64,000 nt of DNA, taken from NCBI GenBank assembly GCA_011109175.1, contig RDEW01000026.1, forward strand, positions 513,695-577,694, read 5' to 3'. The notes below the pieces were generated by a model, which worked only from the letters and a program-made list of their open reading frames with translations, ran no database searches and had not been told where the DNA came from. Within the stretch, counting starts at the first letter, position 1; every line of letters starts with the position of its first letter. The position numbers and the translations under genes are program-made. Positions 36,158 through 47,238 of the stretch are shown here, piece after piece. The DNA comes from Dicyema japonicum. Lineage: Eukaryota; Animalia; Dicyemida.

Positions 36158-38931
36158 ACTTTCCCCTATCTTCACGGGTGGACCAATAAGGAAGGCCTGC
36201 GCCGCTGCGGAGACGTTGAGGCAAACCCTGGACCAGCCAGAATAGTCCAACTAAACATAAATGGAATCAAGAACAAAATACTCGAACTTCGGACATTTGT
36301 GAAAGAAAATCACATTGATCTGTTGCTAATTCAAGAGTCTAAACTTTCTCTAAAGAATTCAACACCAGTATTTCCGGGATTCACAGTAATTCGCCGTGAC
36401 AGAATTGGCAAACTTAGTGGGGGACTTTTCACAGTTATCGCAACGGCATTCCGTTTGAGGACTTAACTAACAGTCCTTACAGTATGCTTAAAGAATATGG
36501 AAATCTCGAACTTTTGGTTACCAAAATACGATTCCCAAGACTATCAATAATAATTGTCAACGCATTTCTCCCATCGTTGAGTTCCTGCTCATCCAGTGCC
36601 CCCAGACTCACTCCTCTCGCGTCACTGAAGGATGTGATTATCTGTGGTGACTTCAATGCGAAGCACCCACTGTGGCTGACAGGACAAACCTACGACAAAA
36701 GAGGGAAGATGATAATTGAGGACCTACACAGCCTATGTATACTCAACGATCCTGCATCCCACACAAGAACACCTACTCGACGTAACAATAAACCTTCTTC
36801 TATCGACATCTCATTGTCATCACCGTCCTTGGCCCCACTTATTGACTGGTCAGTGAAGTATGACACCAGAGTGACCACAACCCAATATTTTTGGAGGTCA
36901 AAACAAGGTCACGGATAAAAGGACAATGCCCAACAATAACTAACTACAGCCTTGCGAATTGGAAAGGATTCAAGGAATACGTCGATAATTGTATTGGACT
37001 ATTAAATTTCCCCACTTTTCCCTCCGTCGAACAATTAGTGAAATGGTTCAACTCCATTATAAACGATGCGAAAAAGAAGTACATTCCTATGGGGAGACAA
37101 CCAACGTCATCAAAACGTTTAACACAACGACGAAACATCTGATCAGAGAACGAAATAATCTAAAGATGGTAAAATCGCCAACAGAAGAGAACATCAGGAA
37201 ATTACGAGAATTGAACAGAGAGATCGACAACAACATAAAGACAGCAAATAGATGGACGAGACTATCGAAAGCTCTCTACAAAAACCCCCCAATGCAAAGA
37301 GTGTGGAAGTGGATAAAACATCAAAAGATCCTCCCCAGAGAGAAAAGTCGAAGTCTACATAAAACCAGACACTCTGATAAAATATTACACATCTATATCC
37401 TACAGGAAGTTTTCAAAAGAACACCAAGTATTCCTGAAAAAGATTGAACCGAAACGCTCCGATGACTGGATCCTATTTACTAGTCAGGATGTTCGCAGAG
37501 CCATATCTAAGGCCAACAACTCAGAGGCCAAAGGACCAGACAACATAACCACATGTGAACTGAAGCACCTAGGCCATCGAGCCCTGGAACTATTAGCCTA
37601 TATCTTCAACCTATCCATTAACACAAATACAATCCCTGAAATATGGAAGAAGTCTCTAATCAGACCTATCCGAAAACCCAACAAACCAATAGATGAACCA
37701 TCTTCCTATCGCCCAATATCTATTCTAAGTCCGGTCTCAAGGATCCTTGAAAGGCTTGTTTTGGAAAAAATACAAGACTCAATCTCAATACCTCCGACCC
37801 AGCACGGATTCCGGGACAACCATTCGACGACAACACACCTTACAACCCTCACACAATTCATTGCGGAAGGATTTAACTCCCCCAAACCACATCAGAGGAC
37901 AGTACTTATATCCGTGGACATCACAAAAGCGTTCGACTCAGTCCCTAGGAAACTCTAACAAAGAAAATATAGAAACCAACATCCATCCGAACCTGAAACT
38001 TTGGCTTGGAAACTTCCTAAATGGAAGACGAGCACAAACTCTGCAACAACATCAAATCAAGATCTCGCTATTTCCCAAATGGAGTCCCTCAAGGCTCCCC
38101 ACTATCACCCCAACTCTTCAATCTCTACATAAACGACATGCCACAAACCTGTAATGAATACTGTCTAATCCTCTCCTATGCCGACGATATCATTCTTGCC
38201 TCCAAGACAGAAGCATTCATTCAGCGACTCAGTTCACTCAACAAATGCTTGACAAGCTGGAACTATAGCTCTTGAAGCGGAGACTCGACATATCAGCAAC
38301 AAAGTCCTCTGTCACGCTGTTTACCACCTACAAAAGACAGCTCTGTATCGAACCAAAAGTCTTTATGAAAAACGAAGCTATCTCTATTAACAAAACACCG
38401 AAGATTCTGGGAGTAACCTTTGATCAGGGACTCACCTTTATCCGGCATGTTGAAAACAGAGTAACTTCTGCTCTGAAAAAAATGAGAATTTTAAAAGTGC
38501 TCTCAAAAATATTTAGAGATCAAACTGGTGTCCTTGCCACGATTTACAAACAATTTATCATGACCAACGATGACGTATGCAAGTCCTTCATGGGCAATGA
38601 AAATGTCACGATCTTCCTCATTGAAATTATCTGCAATCGAGGAGACTGCAATAAAGTTAATTGGACCAGATCACAATATCCAACCCATTGAAAACTTTTT
38701 AATCGAACTACAACGAAACTATTCAAGAAGGCTGTTCTACCGAGCTTCCTTCTATTCCAAATACTATCGAATTATCTACAATCATACAAAAATTTTGTCC
38801 AATGAGAAGAGCTGTCCAGGATTCTCGACCCCGCCGGACTCGTCCTCACCTTTGTCGGTCTGGATCACTTAGTTAGATGAGAACTTTTATTTCTTTCTCA
38901 TTGACCAGTGATCCTGGGGTAATAATAATAA
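36105..38931 (+). mobile_element. Full-length Ingi/Vingi-like LINE (frameshifted)
   Basis: Leader peptide, CGDVEANPGP, APE, RT (GVPQGSPLSP, YADD), WIT*, 3' stem and (TAA)n tail. Confidence 0.9.
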
Positions 38932-39120
38932 TGATACCTTAAAAATATATACAAACAACTGAATTCCTTGAGAACGAGGATTGTTTAGTATTCCGTGAAC
39001 TTGTTTAATATTAAATTCATTAGCAAGTGCCTGAATATCAGAATTTTTAAATTCTGTACCATTCGCCAATAACGTAAAATTAGTTTTGGTGCTGAATATT
39101 AATATTCTATCGGTTCTTTC
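38931..39120 (-). mobile_element. Diverged paralog of the Ginger-like integrase fragment
   Basis: NGTEFKNSDIQALANEFNIKQVHG..NNPRSQG, same intron-like insert but with a GA donor. Confidence 0.65.
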
Positions 39121-39149
39121 TATGATTATCATAAATTAAAAATTTTGTG

Positions 39150-40530
39150 AATAGGATCCAGTCATAGGAGCGTTTCGGTTCAATCTTTTTCAGGAATACT
39201 TGGTGTTTTTTTTGAAAACTTCCTGTAGGATATAGATGTGTAATATTTTATCAGAGTGTCTGGTTTTATGTAGACTTCGACTTTTCCCTCTGGGGAGGAT
39301 CTTTTGATGTTTTTAATCCACTTCCACACTCTTTGCATTGGGGGGGGGTTTTTTTAGAGAGCTTTCGATAGTCTCGTCCATCTATTTGCTGTCTTTATGT
39401 TGTTGTCGATCTCTCTGTTCAATTCTCGTAATTTCCTGATGTTCTCTTCTGTTGGCGATTTTACCATCTTTAGATTATTTCGTTCTCTGATCAGATGTTT
39501 CGTCGTTGTGTTAAAACGTTTTGATGATGTTGGTTGTCTCCCCATAGGAATGTATTTCTTTTACGCATCTTTATAATTGAGTTGAACCATTTAACTAATT
39601 GTTCGACGGAGGGAAAAGTGGAGAAATTTAATAGTCCAATACAATTATCGACGTATTCCTTGAATCCTTTCCAATTCGCGAGGCTGTAGTTAGTTATTGT
39701 TGGGCATTGTCCTTTTATCCGTGACCTTGTTTTGACCTCCAAAAATATTGGGTTGTGATCACTCCTGGTGTCATACTTCACTGACCAATCAATAAGTGGG
39801 GCCAAGGACGGTGATGACAATGAGATGTTGATAGAAGAAGGTTTATCATTACGTCGAGTAGGTGTTCTTGTATGAGATGCAGGATCGTTGAGTATACATG
39901 AGCTGTGGAGGTCCTCAATTATCATCTTCCCTCTTTTGTCGTAGGTTTGTCCTGTCAACCACAGTGGGTGCTTCGCATTGAAGTCACCACAGATAATCAC
40001 ATCCTTTAGTGACGCGAGAGGAGTGAGTCTGGGGGCACTGGACGAGCAGGAACTCAGCGGTGGGAGATATGCGTTGACAATTATTATTAATATTCTTGGG
40101 AATCGTATTTTGGTAACCAAAAGTTCGAGATTTCCATATCCTTTAAGCATAGTGTAAGCACTGTTGGTTATGTCCTCAAACGGAATGCCGTTGCGGATAA
40201 CTGTGAGAAGACCCCCACCAAGTTTGCCAATTCTGTCACGGCGAATTACTGTGAATCCCGGAAATACTGGTGTTGAATTCTTTGGAGAAAGTTTAGATTC
40301 TTGAATTAGCAACAGATCAATGTGATTTTCTTTCACAAATGTCCGAAGTTCGAGTATTTTGTTCTTGATTCCATTTATGTTCAGTTGGACTATTCTGGCT
40401 GGTCCAGGGTTTGCCTCAACGTCTCCGCAGCGGCGCAGGCCTTCCTTATTGGTCCACCCGTGAAGATAGGGGAAAGTGTGGTTCTTTTTTTTCAAATGCC
40501 ACCACGTCGTCGGCGAGCCACATGACATTT
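39150..40530 (-). mobile_element. Ingi-like 5' half (inverted duplicate); 345-aa open leader-2A-APE frame
   Basis: ORF 39491-40528; pseudoknot at 40478-40530; 2A at 40400-40438. Confidence 0.9.
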
Positions 40531-40779
40531 TTTTCCAGAATTCGTGTGATGGTTTGATTGAATCGTTCTATGATACCTTAAAAATATATACAAACAACTG
40601 AATGCCTTGAGAACGAGGATTGTTTGGTCTTCCGTGAACTTGTTTAATATTAAATTGCCTGAATATTAGAATTTTTAAATTCTGTACCATTGTCTGATTG
40701 TAAAATCATACAAGGCCCATATTCATTGAATTTGCTTTTTAATTCCATTGAAACCTAAATTAAATATATGATTTTAAGA

Positions 40780-41410
40780 GCTCACGAAGGTCTCCTGTTT
40801 GTGTAGCGATTCGATTCCCTAGACGACTCAAGAATTCCAGCGTCGCAGGCGCAAGGGAACCAGACGTCTCAACGGTGAGTGGAACAAACAAAAAATTCTT
40901 GGGTAGGACCGCGTACTATTCCCGTTTCATCTTCTCGGCCTTCTCAGCGGCAGAACAAGCTCCAGAGGCACTCTGGAGTAGGTTGCAAGATGCAAATGTG
41001 TCGGTGCAGGTAATGTCCCAGACAAAAGGTTTCTCGGCTTCGAAAAGGAAGATCGTTTTCCCGTCCCGCCTCGGGTCGTTTCCCGTCCCGCCTGCAAAGA
41101 CCGACAGGTTTGAGCATGGAGGGGCGTCCAAAGCTCACCTAACGACTTCGTTCAAGGCCATTTGTCTGGGAAATCTGCCTGCACTTTTCCTGCAAAAGAG
41201 AAAGTAGGCCGAAACAGTTGATCTGGTCTCCGCATCGGCACGGATGTGTAACACAGACCTTTAATCCCGGTCGCAATGAGATCCCAATGCGGACACATGT
41301 ATCATCCAGGAAGGTACGCAGAACTCCTTTGGGAATGGCGTTGAGCCAGGCACCGCTCTCTGAAGACGCCCTCCGACAACAAACAGGCATGGCGATGTTG
41401 ACTAGATAAT
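40780..41410 (-). mobile_element. CRE-like fragment (inverted duplicate of 35230-35860)
   Basis: Reverse-complement match, GKRP.DG..I. Confidence 0.8.
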
Positions 41411-41484
41411 ACTAGCAAATCTTTGAAAGAATTCAAGCATATAGCATCGTTCAAGTCCCGCTGAGAGAACGAGGAACTATATTA

Positions 41485-42468
41485 TGTCACATGGGCCAAG
41501 CGATACCTATGGGCTGCCTGTTACATTAACCTTGAACTTCAATTAATTTTATAAATGATTTATTAACCACAAAAAATTAAATTTAAGTAACTTTTTTTAG
41601 TTTACTCATTAATACACTCGATATTTCTCCTTTCGAATTTTTTATCTATCAAATTAAACTATTTAAAACTACCTCCATGCGATTATTCGATAAAATATTA
41701 ATTATTTTTGCAACTGGATAATACTGAGACTCAAACTTATCCAGTCGCAATGAGGGATTTGTTCCAAAGTCCTTTTTAGCCCGAACCTATTTATTAATGT
41801 TTTTAATTTATACTTTATCTCCCATATTAAAAGTATTTGAATCTCTTCGCATTCGGACACAAATTATCTGACTGGGAATTATCTAGATATAAATTTTTAA
41901 AATCAAACTATGTGAATTTTCAATAGATACTGGAGTCGAACAATTAACCAAATCGTCAATTTGTTCTGGAATCGCACACTCATCATTTAAATTATATAAG
42001 TCATAATCTGATATAAGTATAACCATTAATTATTGAATTTATTCCCTTAATTCCTCGATATCTTTCGAAAGGACTTTCGTTGGAAAATGAATATACCAAT
42101 ATGTTATAACTGTAGACAGCACTTTCTAATTTATCAAGCCACTTTTTTTCACTGTTATCCAGAATTTTTGACAACTTCCTCGTGATCGTCTGATTAAATC
42201 TTTCTACAATTCCTTGTGCTCAAGGATCATTAGGCCTTCCGTGAATTTGCTTAATGTTAAAATCTTCACAAAGTTTTGTTATTTCTTGATTTTTAAATTC
42301 AGAACCATTGTCCGACTGAAAAAATTTACATGGCCCATTCAGGCGGAACAAAGATCTTAAGTTTTCACATACTTCTTTACCAGACTCATTATATAGTGGT
42401 CGTACAAAAGCGAATCTATAAATTAAAAAAAACCAACCTACTATATATGTCAATGATTGTTAATTGGA
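41485..42468 (-). mobile_element. Partial Ginger-like element (one TIR plus integrase core; inverted duplicate)
   Basis: TIR TGTCACATGGGCC at 41485; IIDIYSR|FAFVRPL, QSDNGSEF. Confidence 0.8.
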
Positions 42469-42469
42469 G

Positions 42470-44223
42470 TGGTTGTCCATGAATTGTTAATGAATTTTTT
42501 TATAGTGCAGGAATTCTGCAGGTGTTGATGGACAAAGAAATTATGCCTGTTATTGTTTTGAGTCCTTGCATTCCCAGGTGCTTTAAATGTAGATTCCATC
42601 CAGCCCTTTGGCAGGAGAGTTTTTGGCGATTTTGATGAGTTTTTCGACATCCGACGCACTGATTTCAATCAGTTTTCCTTGAAAAGTTTGAACGTTTTTA
42701 AATTTGCATGGACGAGACCATTTGTCACACGTCTATGTGACTCACTTTTGCGTAGTGGTCCATTATGACATCTGCCTGATGAGTGAAATCACGTGGTGTT
42801 TGATTCTTGTCAATACTGGTGGCGTGGGTTTTCTCCATTCTATTTTGTTTAGACTGAATTCCACGTAAAGTGCCCCAAAATTCCTTTAGTTTTGTTCGGT
42901 GGTTAATTTTTGTTATGAAATTGTTCCAACCGTCCAATTTCATCTCGTTGATTAATTCTGTAATTTCGCTATTAAGGTTGGATAGTTCGGCCGTATAAAT
43001 TCTTGATTTTTTGAGTCGACGTCTTGTTGAATTTTTTCTATAATTTCCTTAATGAAATTGAGATTATAGTCTGCAATGAGTCCTCTTGGAATGTATTTCT
43101 TCTCGGGACTGAGGATGACCTCATTAAAAAATTTCATTGCGGCGTCAAGCGATTTGAAATTCTCAACGGAAAAGTCGGATAGAAATTTTTCTGTTTCTTC
43201 TCTGAATGAATCCCATTTTGCACGTTTGTAATTCGTTATAGTTTTCCGATGCCTAACAAATGGCGAGAGTAGTTCGATTGACAGTAGAATTGGATTATGG
43301 TCCGAGTGTAGGTCATATACAATTCTCCAAGATATCGCCGAAGATAGTGGTGGAGAACATAATGTGAGGTCAGGTGATGTATTAGAGTGTCCTGGTCTGG
43401 AAGCTGTTTGAGTGTGTGATTTCCTGTCATTGAGGATAACTAATTGTTCTAGTTAAGAGAAGACCTGAAACCCACTCTCATTACTCTTTTTGACGATTAG
43501 CCAGAGAGGATCTTTTCCATTTAGGTCTCCGCAGATTATCACATTTTCAATCTTTTGCAATTCGGTTAGTTTTGGGGAGTAATGTTTCATACTGGGACTT
43601 GGTGGCGGGATTTAAATATTTACAAATGTATACCTTGTGTGGTTTATTTTCACCAAGACGGAAGTAAGTTCGATGTAATCGTCATCTTCAAACAGAGCAA
43701 GTGTCTGAGCGGAAGTTTCTGAGAATGGAATAGATTTGTGTATGAATATGAGAACACCGCCTCCTCTGTTTGAATTCGGTCGATCACGGCGGACAATTGA
43801 GTAGTCTTTGTAGTGTGGAAGCACTGACTTTCTTGATAGTTTCGTTTCCTGTAGCATGGCAATTTTGTGTAAAGTTAGAAATACAAAAAGTTCATTTGAT
43901 TTGTGTGTGAGGCCGTTTATGTTGAATTGCATGATATTAAGGAATTTCCCGTTTTTATGGGGCCCGGGGTTCTGTTCGATGACCCCAGCTAGGATTAGGA
44001 GTAGCCAATCCGATCTTTGGGAGCGAAAGCCGCCATCATCCAGTCCGACTTCCCAGAAGTCGTTGAAAAAGTTGACAGGGGAATAGTAGTGGTTCTTTTA
44101 GTTGCCAGTTTGATACTAGCATCCAATTTTCTCTACGTGAAGGTTAACCACATCGAAAATTTAAATTGTTCTGAATCCTTTGCAGACATAGGTGCAAGAC
44201 AGGCACGTCACCACCTCAACCAA
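42470..44223 (-). mobile_element. Ingi-like LINE 5' half (pseudoknot, 2A-like motif, APE)
   Basis: LAGVIEQNPGP, MQFNING, LQETKL, RRDR...GGGV, CGDLNG. Confidence 0.85.
44089..44161 (-). ncRNA. Most canonical HDV-like ribozyme fold in the window
   Basis: P1 AAUUUUC/GAAAAUU, L3 UUCACGU, GG after P1, P4 UGCUAGU/ACUGGCA, J4/2 ACUAAAA, P2 GUGGUU/AACCAC; P3 is damaged. Confidence 0.65.
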
Positions 44224-44254
44224 AAAGAAAGCATATAAATAAAAGTATTTTTAT

Positions 44255-46260
44255 TATTATTATTATTAAAAACCAAAAATCACCGACAAATTAAATAACT
44301 ACATAGCCGTCAGGTGATTCCGCCCGCCTTGAGTAGCCATCTAATTCTTGCTCGGTGTTCTTCCCGGATTCCAACACATTTCCGGATTGGGCGGGGTTTT
44401 CTAACTTTTTTGGAAAGTAGTAAGGCTCCGGTTTTCGTCACTAATTCCTCAAAAGGTGTAGGGTTTATAGGTGTCCAAGAAAACCTTTGCAAAGCCTTAC
44501 TGGCCATTTTTTGGAAGGGATTGATTTTTTTCTATATTTTTGTTTGATAGGTTGGTTCCCCATGCAGCACACCCGTAAGTTAGAGACGGTTGAATATACT
44601 GCAGGTAGAGGGAGTCCAAATTTGAATTGAAACACCCATTATATTGTCTAAGGAGTGTTTTAACAAAATTTAGCTTTCGTTGTGCCGAAGAGATGACGTT
44701 GTCGATGTGTTAGCTGAATCTCAAGAGTGGGTCGTAAGTTACTCCCAGTATCTGGACCGAGTTCCATTTATGGTTACACATGGAGCGGAGCTTGTCAATC
44801 CTCTGTTGTGAAAATTGTTGTATAAGACTTTTCGGGACTTGTATGTAGAATGTTCTTAACGAGCCAACAGTTCAGATCGTCCAATGAAGCTTGTATCCGG
44901 TAAACAGCTGTATTAACGCACTGGTCTTTGACTGCGACGATTATATCATCCGCATATGTCAGAACCAGAATATCGTCACTGATAAGGGAGGCATATAATT
45001 TAAGAATAAGTTGAACAGGTTTGGTGACAGTGGAGATCCTTGAGGGACCCCATTTGAAAGGAACTTGGTCACTGATCTAGTTTTTTAGCAGTTACTCTTT
45101 CTCTTCTTCCATTTAGGAAATTTACGATCCAGATTTTCAGGTTGTTTGGAATTTTTGACGTAAAGATCTTCCTTGTCAAAAGCTTTCTTGAGACAGTGTC
45201 GAAAGCTTTTTCTATATCGATGGAGCATAACAAAGACTTCTGATGAGGTTTGCGCTTTAGTCTATCCTTGATAAAATTTGTAAGGCATGTAAGATGAGTT
45301 TCTGTGGTGTCCTTTTCTGAATCCATGATGAAAAAGTGCATCAGAAAGGTATGGTTTGATTAGTTCAAGAATCAGCTTTTCCAAAAGTTTTGATGTAACA
45401 CATAGGAGAGATTTTGGTCTGTATGAGGCTGATGATCCCTTTTGTCGTCCGGGTTTCATAATAGGTCGTATGTTTGATAGCTTCCATATGGAAGGAATAC
45501 AATTTTCGTTGATTGAAAAGTTGAAAATTTTTGTGAGAGCCATGATAGCATAGAATTATTGCAGGGATTCCTTCCGGACCACAGGAATAAGTCGACTTTT
45601 GACCCTTGACCATATTCTGCCGTTCTCCACAGAGAGGACAATCTGGGAAGTGGCTCTTTTTAGTTTGAGGGATAGGATGGATGGACCTTCGAATTTCTTG
45701 TGTGGATGAAACTCGTGGAGGAGTAGTACTTCATAAGTTTGTTTAGGAAAACATATTTTTTGATTTGTCGATGTCTGACAGGGAAAACCTGAATTACTTG
45801 GGGCATGAGTTGGGCGGTGGCACATACACATTCAATTTGTTTATGTTTCCGATGCTTGTCTTGACTGGAATACTAATATATTCGACGGGAGACTTGAGGT
45901 TGACAAAGTTTCGTTTGCGTACGGAATTTCTTTTTTGATAAGGTAAGCAGTCCACCACTCCGCCCAGCTGGGCGGTCGCGCCTGATGACGTGATAGTTTG
46001 TGAAGACGGGAGTGGAAGAAGACGGAGTCAGTCTTGTTTCTCAAAATAGGCAAATGTCAGTATTATACCTTCTTAAGAGGTTTCTGAGTTCGAGGATTTT
46101 CCCATTCACTCCATTTATGTTTAGTTGAATCAAAATAATGGGTTTTCGAGGTCCAGGATTGGAGTTCACATCACCGGAAAGTATTCGGTGGGCTTCCATC
46201 AAGGCAAGAGAGAGAGGCCAGTGGGGAGACCGTCCAAGAAGGACATTCCTCTTGGATTAG
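44255..46260 (-). mobile_element. Ingi-like LINE with internal deletion in APE
   Basis: LSGDVNSNPGP, IQLNING, RT (SIDIEKAFD, GVPQGSPLSP, YADD), GGIT*, (TAA)n tail. Confidence 0.85.
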
Positions 46261-46381
46261 ATTTTGATTTAATAAAAGTAAGATAATAATAAATTAGTGA
46301 ATAATAATTAATTTTAGTTATTTTTTCAATTTAAATTTGAAATATTTGCAATTATTTTACAAATAAAAAAATTAATCCTTA

Positions 46382-46530
46382 CCTGACTCTTATCCCTAAC
46401 CCCCGACAATAAGCGTGAGTTTAATCCCTATCTTAATCTCTAACCCTAAACCCTAACCCTGACTTAAATCCCTAACCCCTAACACTGACTTTAATCCCTA
46501 ACCATGAATCTAATCCCTAACCTTAACCTT
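46382..46530 (+). repeat. Degenerate telomere-like (CCCTAA) tandem array
   Basis: About five units resembling TGACTTTAATCCCTAACC plus ccctaa runs. Confidence 0.7.
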
Positions 46531-46559
46531 ATTGTGAACGGGCCGGAGTTTATGTATAC

Positions 46560-47030
46560 ATATTCCAGCTAAAAAATTAATCTTTGGAATCAAAAATTCT
46601 CCCAATTAGGTACCATTTCACAATCCTTAGTATCAATTCCGCGTATAACTGCAAAACATCAAATCATCCGATCACTGTCTTTGTGTTTCAGCAAATAAAA
46701 GGAAAATCATACCTACCGTCGGTAATCAAATTCGGATTCTATCCAAAAGACTGAGCCTTCTCATTAACGGTTGAAAACAATACATGACTGGATATCAACT
46801 AAAGTCATCAGAAGCCTTATATCAACAAGCTTCGGGACGTATTCTACCAATTATTACGGAATTGAAGTTTCCATAACACAGTAAGTTCGTGTAAACTTGG
46901 TGCGCCTACTTTGTATTCACCACATGGATTAAAGCTTGTATCTGAGTCCTCTCTTAGGCATGAGTTTTCTGTTACCCTCCTTTTTCCTTTACTTGAAGGG
47001 ACCAAATCCTAAAAAATAAGCCACATTTAA
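46560..47030 (+). mobile_element. Decayed LINE 3' fragment
   Basis: Post-RT motifs (LGTIS, HQIIRSL) and a T-rich end. Confidence 0.4.
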
Positions 47031-47238
47031 AAAATTATAATTTTAACTCCAAGATGAGTTTTATGTTTTGGCGGAAAAGTGAAAAAATTTAATCACTCTC
47101 CTATTTGGATATTTTAAATTTCTTAATAAAAACTAAGTAGCAGTAAATCAATTTCATTGTTTTTAAACCACTGGAATATTAATGGTAATTTAATTGTTTT
47201 ATAACAATATAAATACATTTGGAGTTATTTTAACTATA

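Larger units (their letters stand above)
34170..42468. repeat. Large imperfect inverted duplication (arms ~34170-37477 and 39150-42468, spacer ~1.67 kb)
   Basis: Reverse-complement homology across the Ginger 3' half, a CRE fragment, an integrase fragment and the Ingi 5' half; scattered substitutions and homopolymer indels. Confidence 0.92.

Noticed and set aside
47100-47108. CArG box upstream of actin
   Set aside because: CCTATTTGG has five A/T, not six. The nearby E2F-like TTTTGGCGG is too short to support alone.
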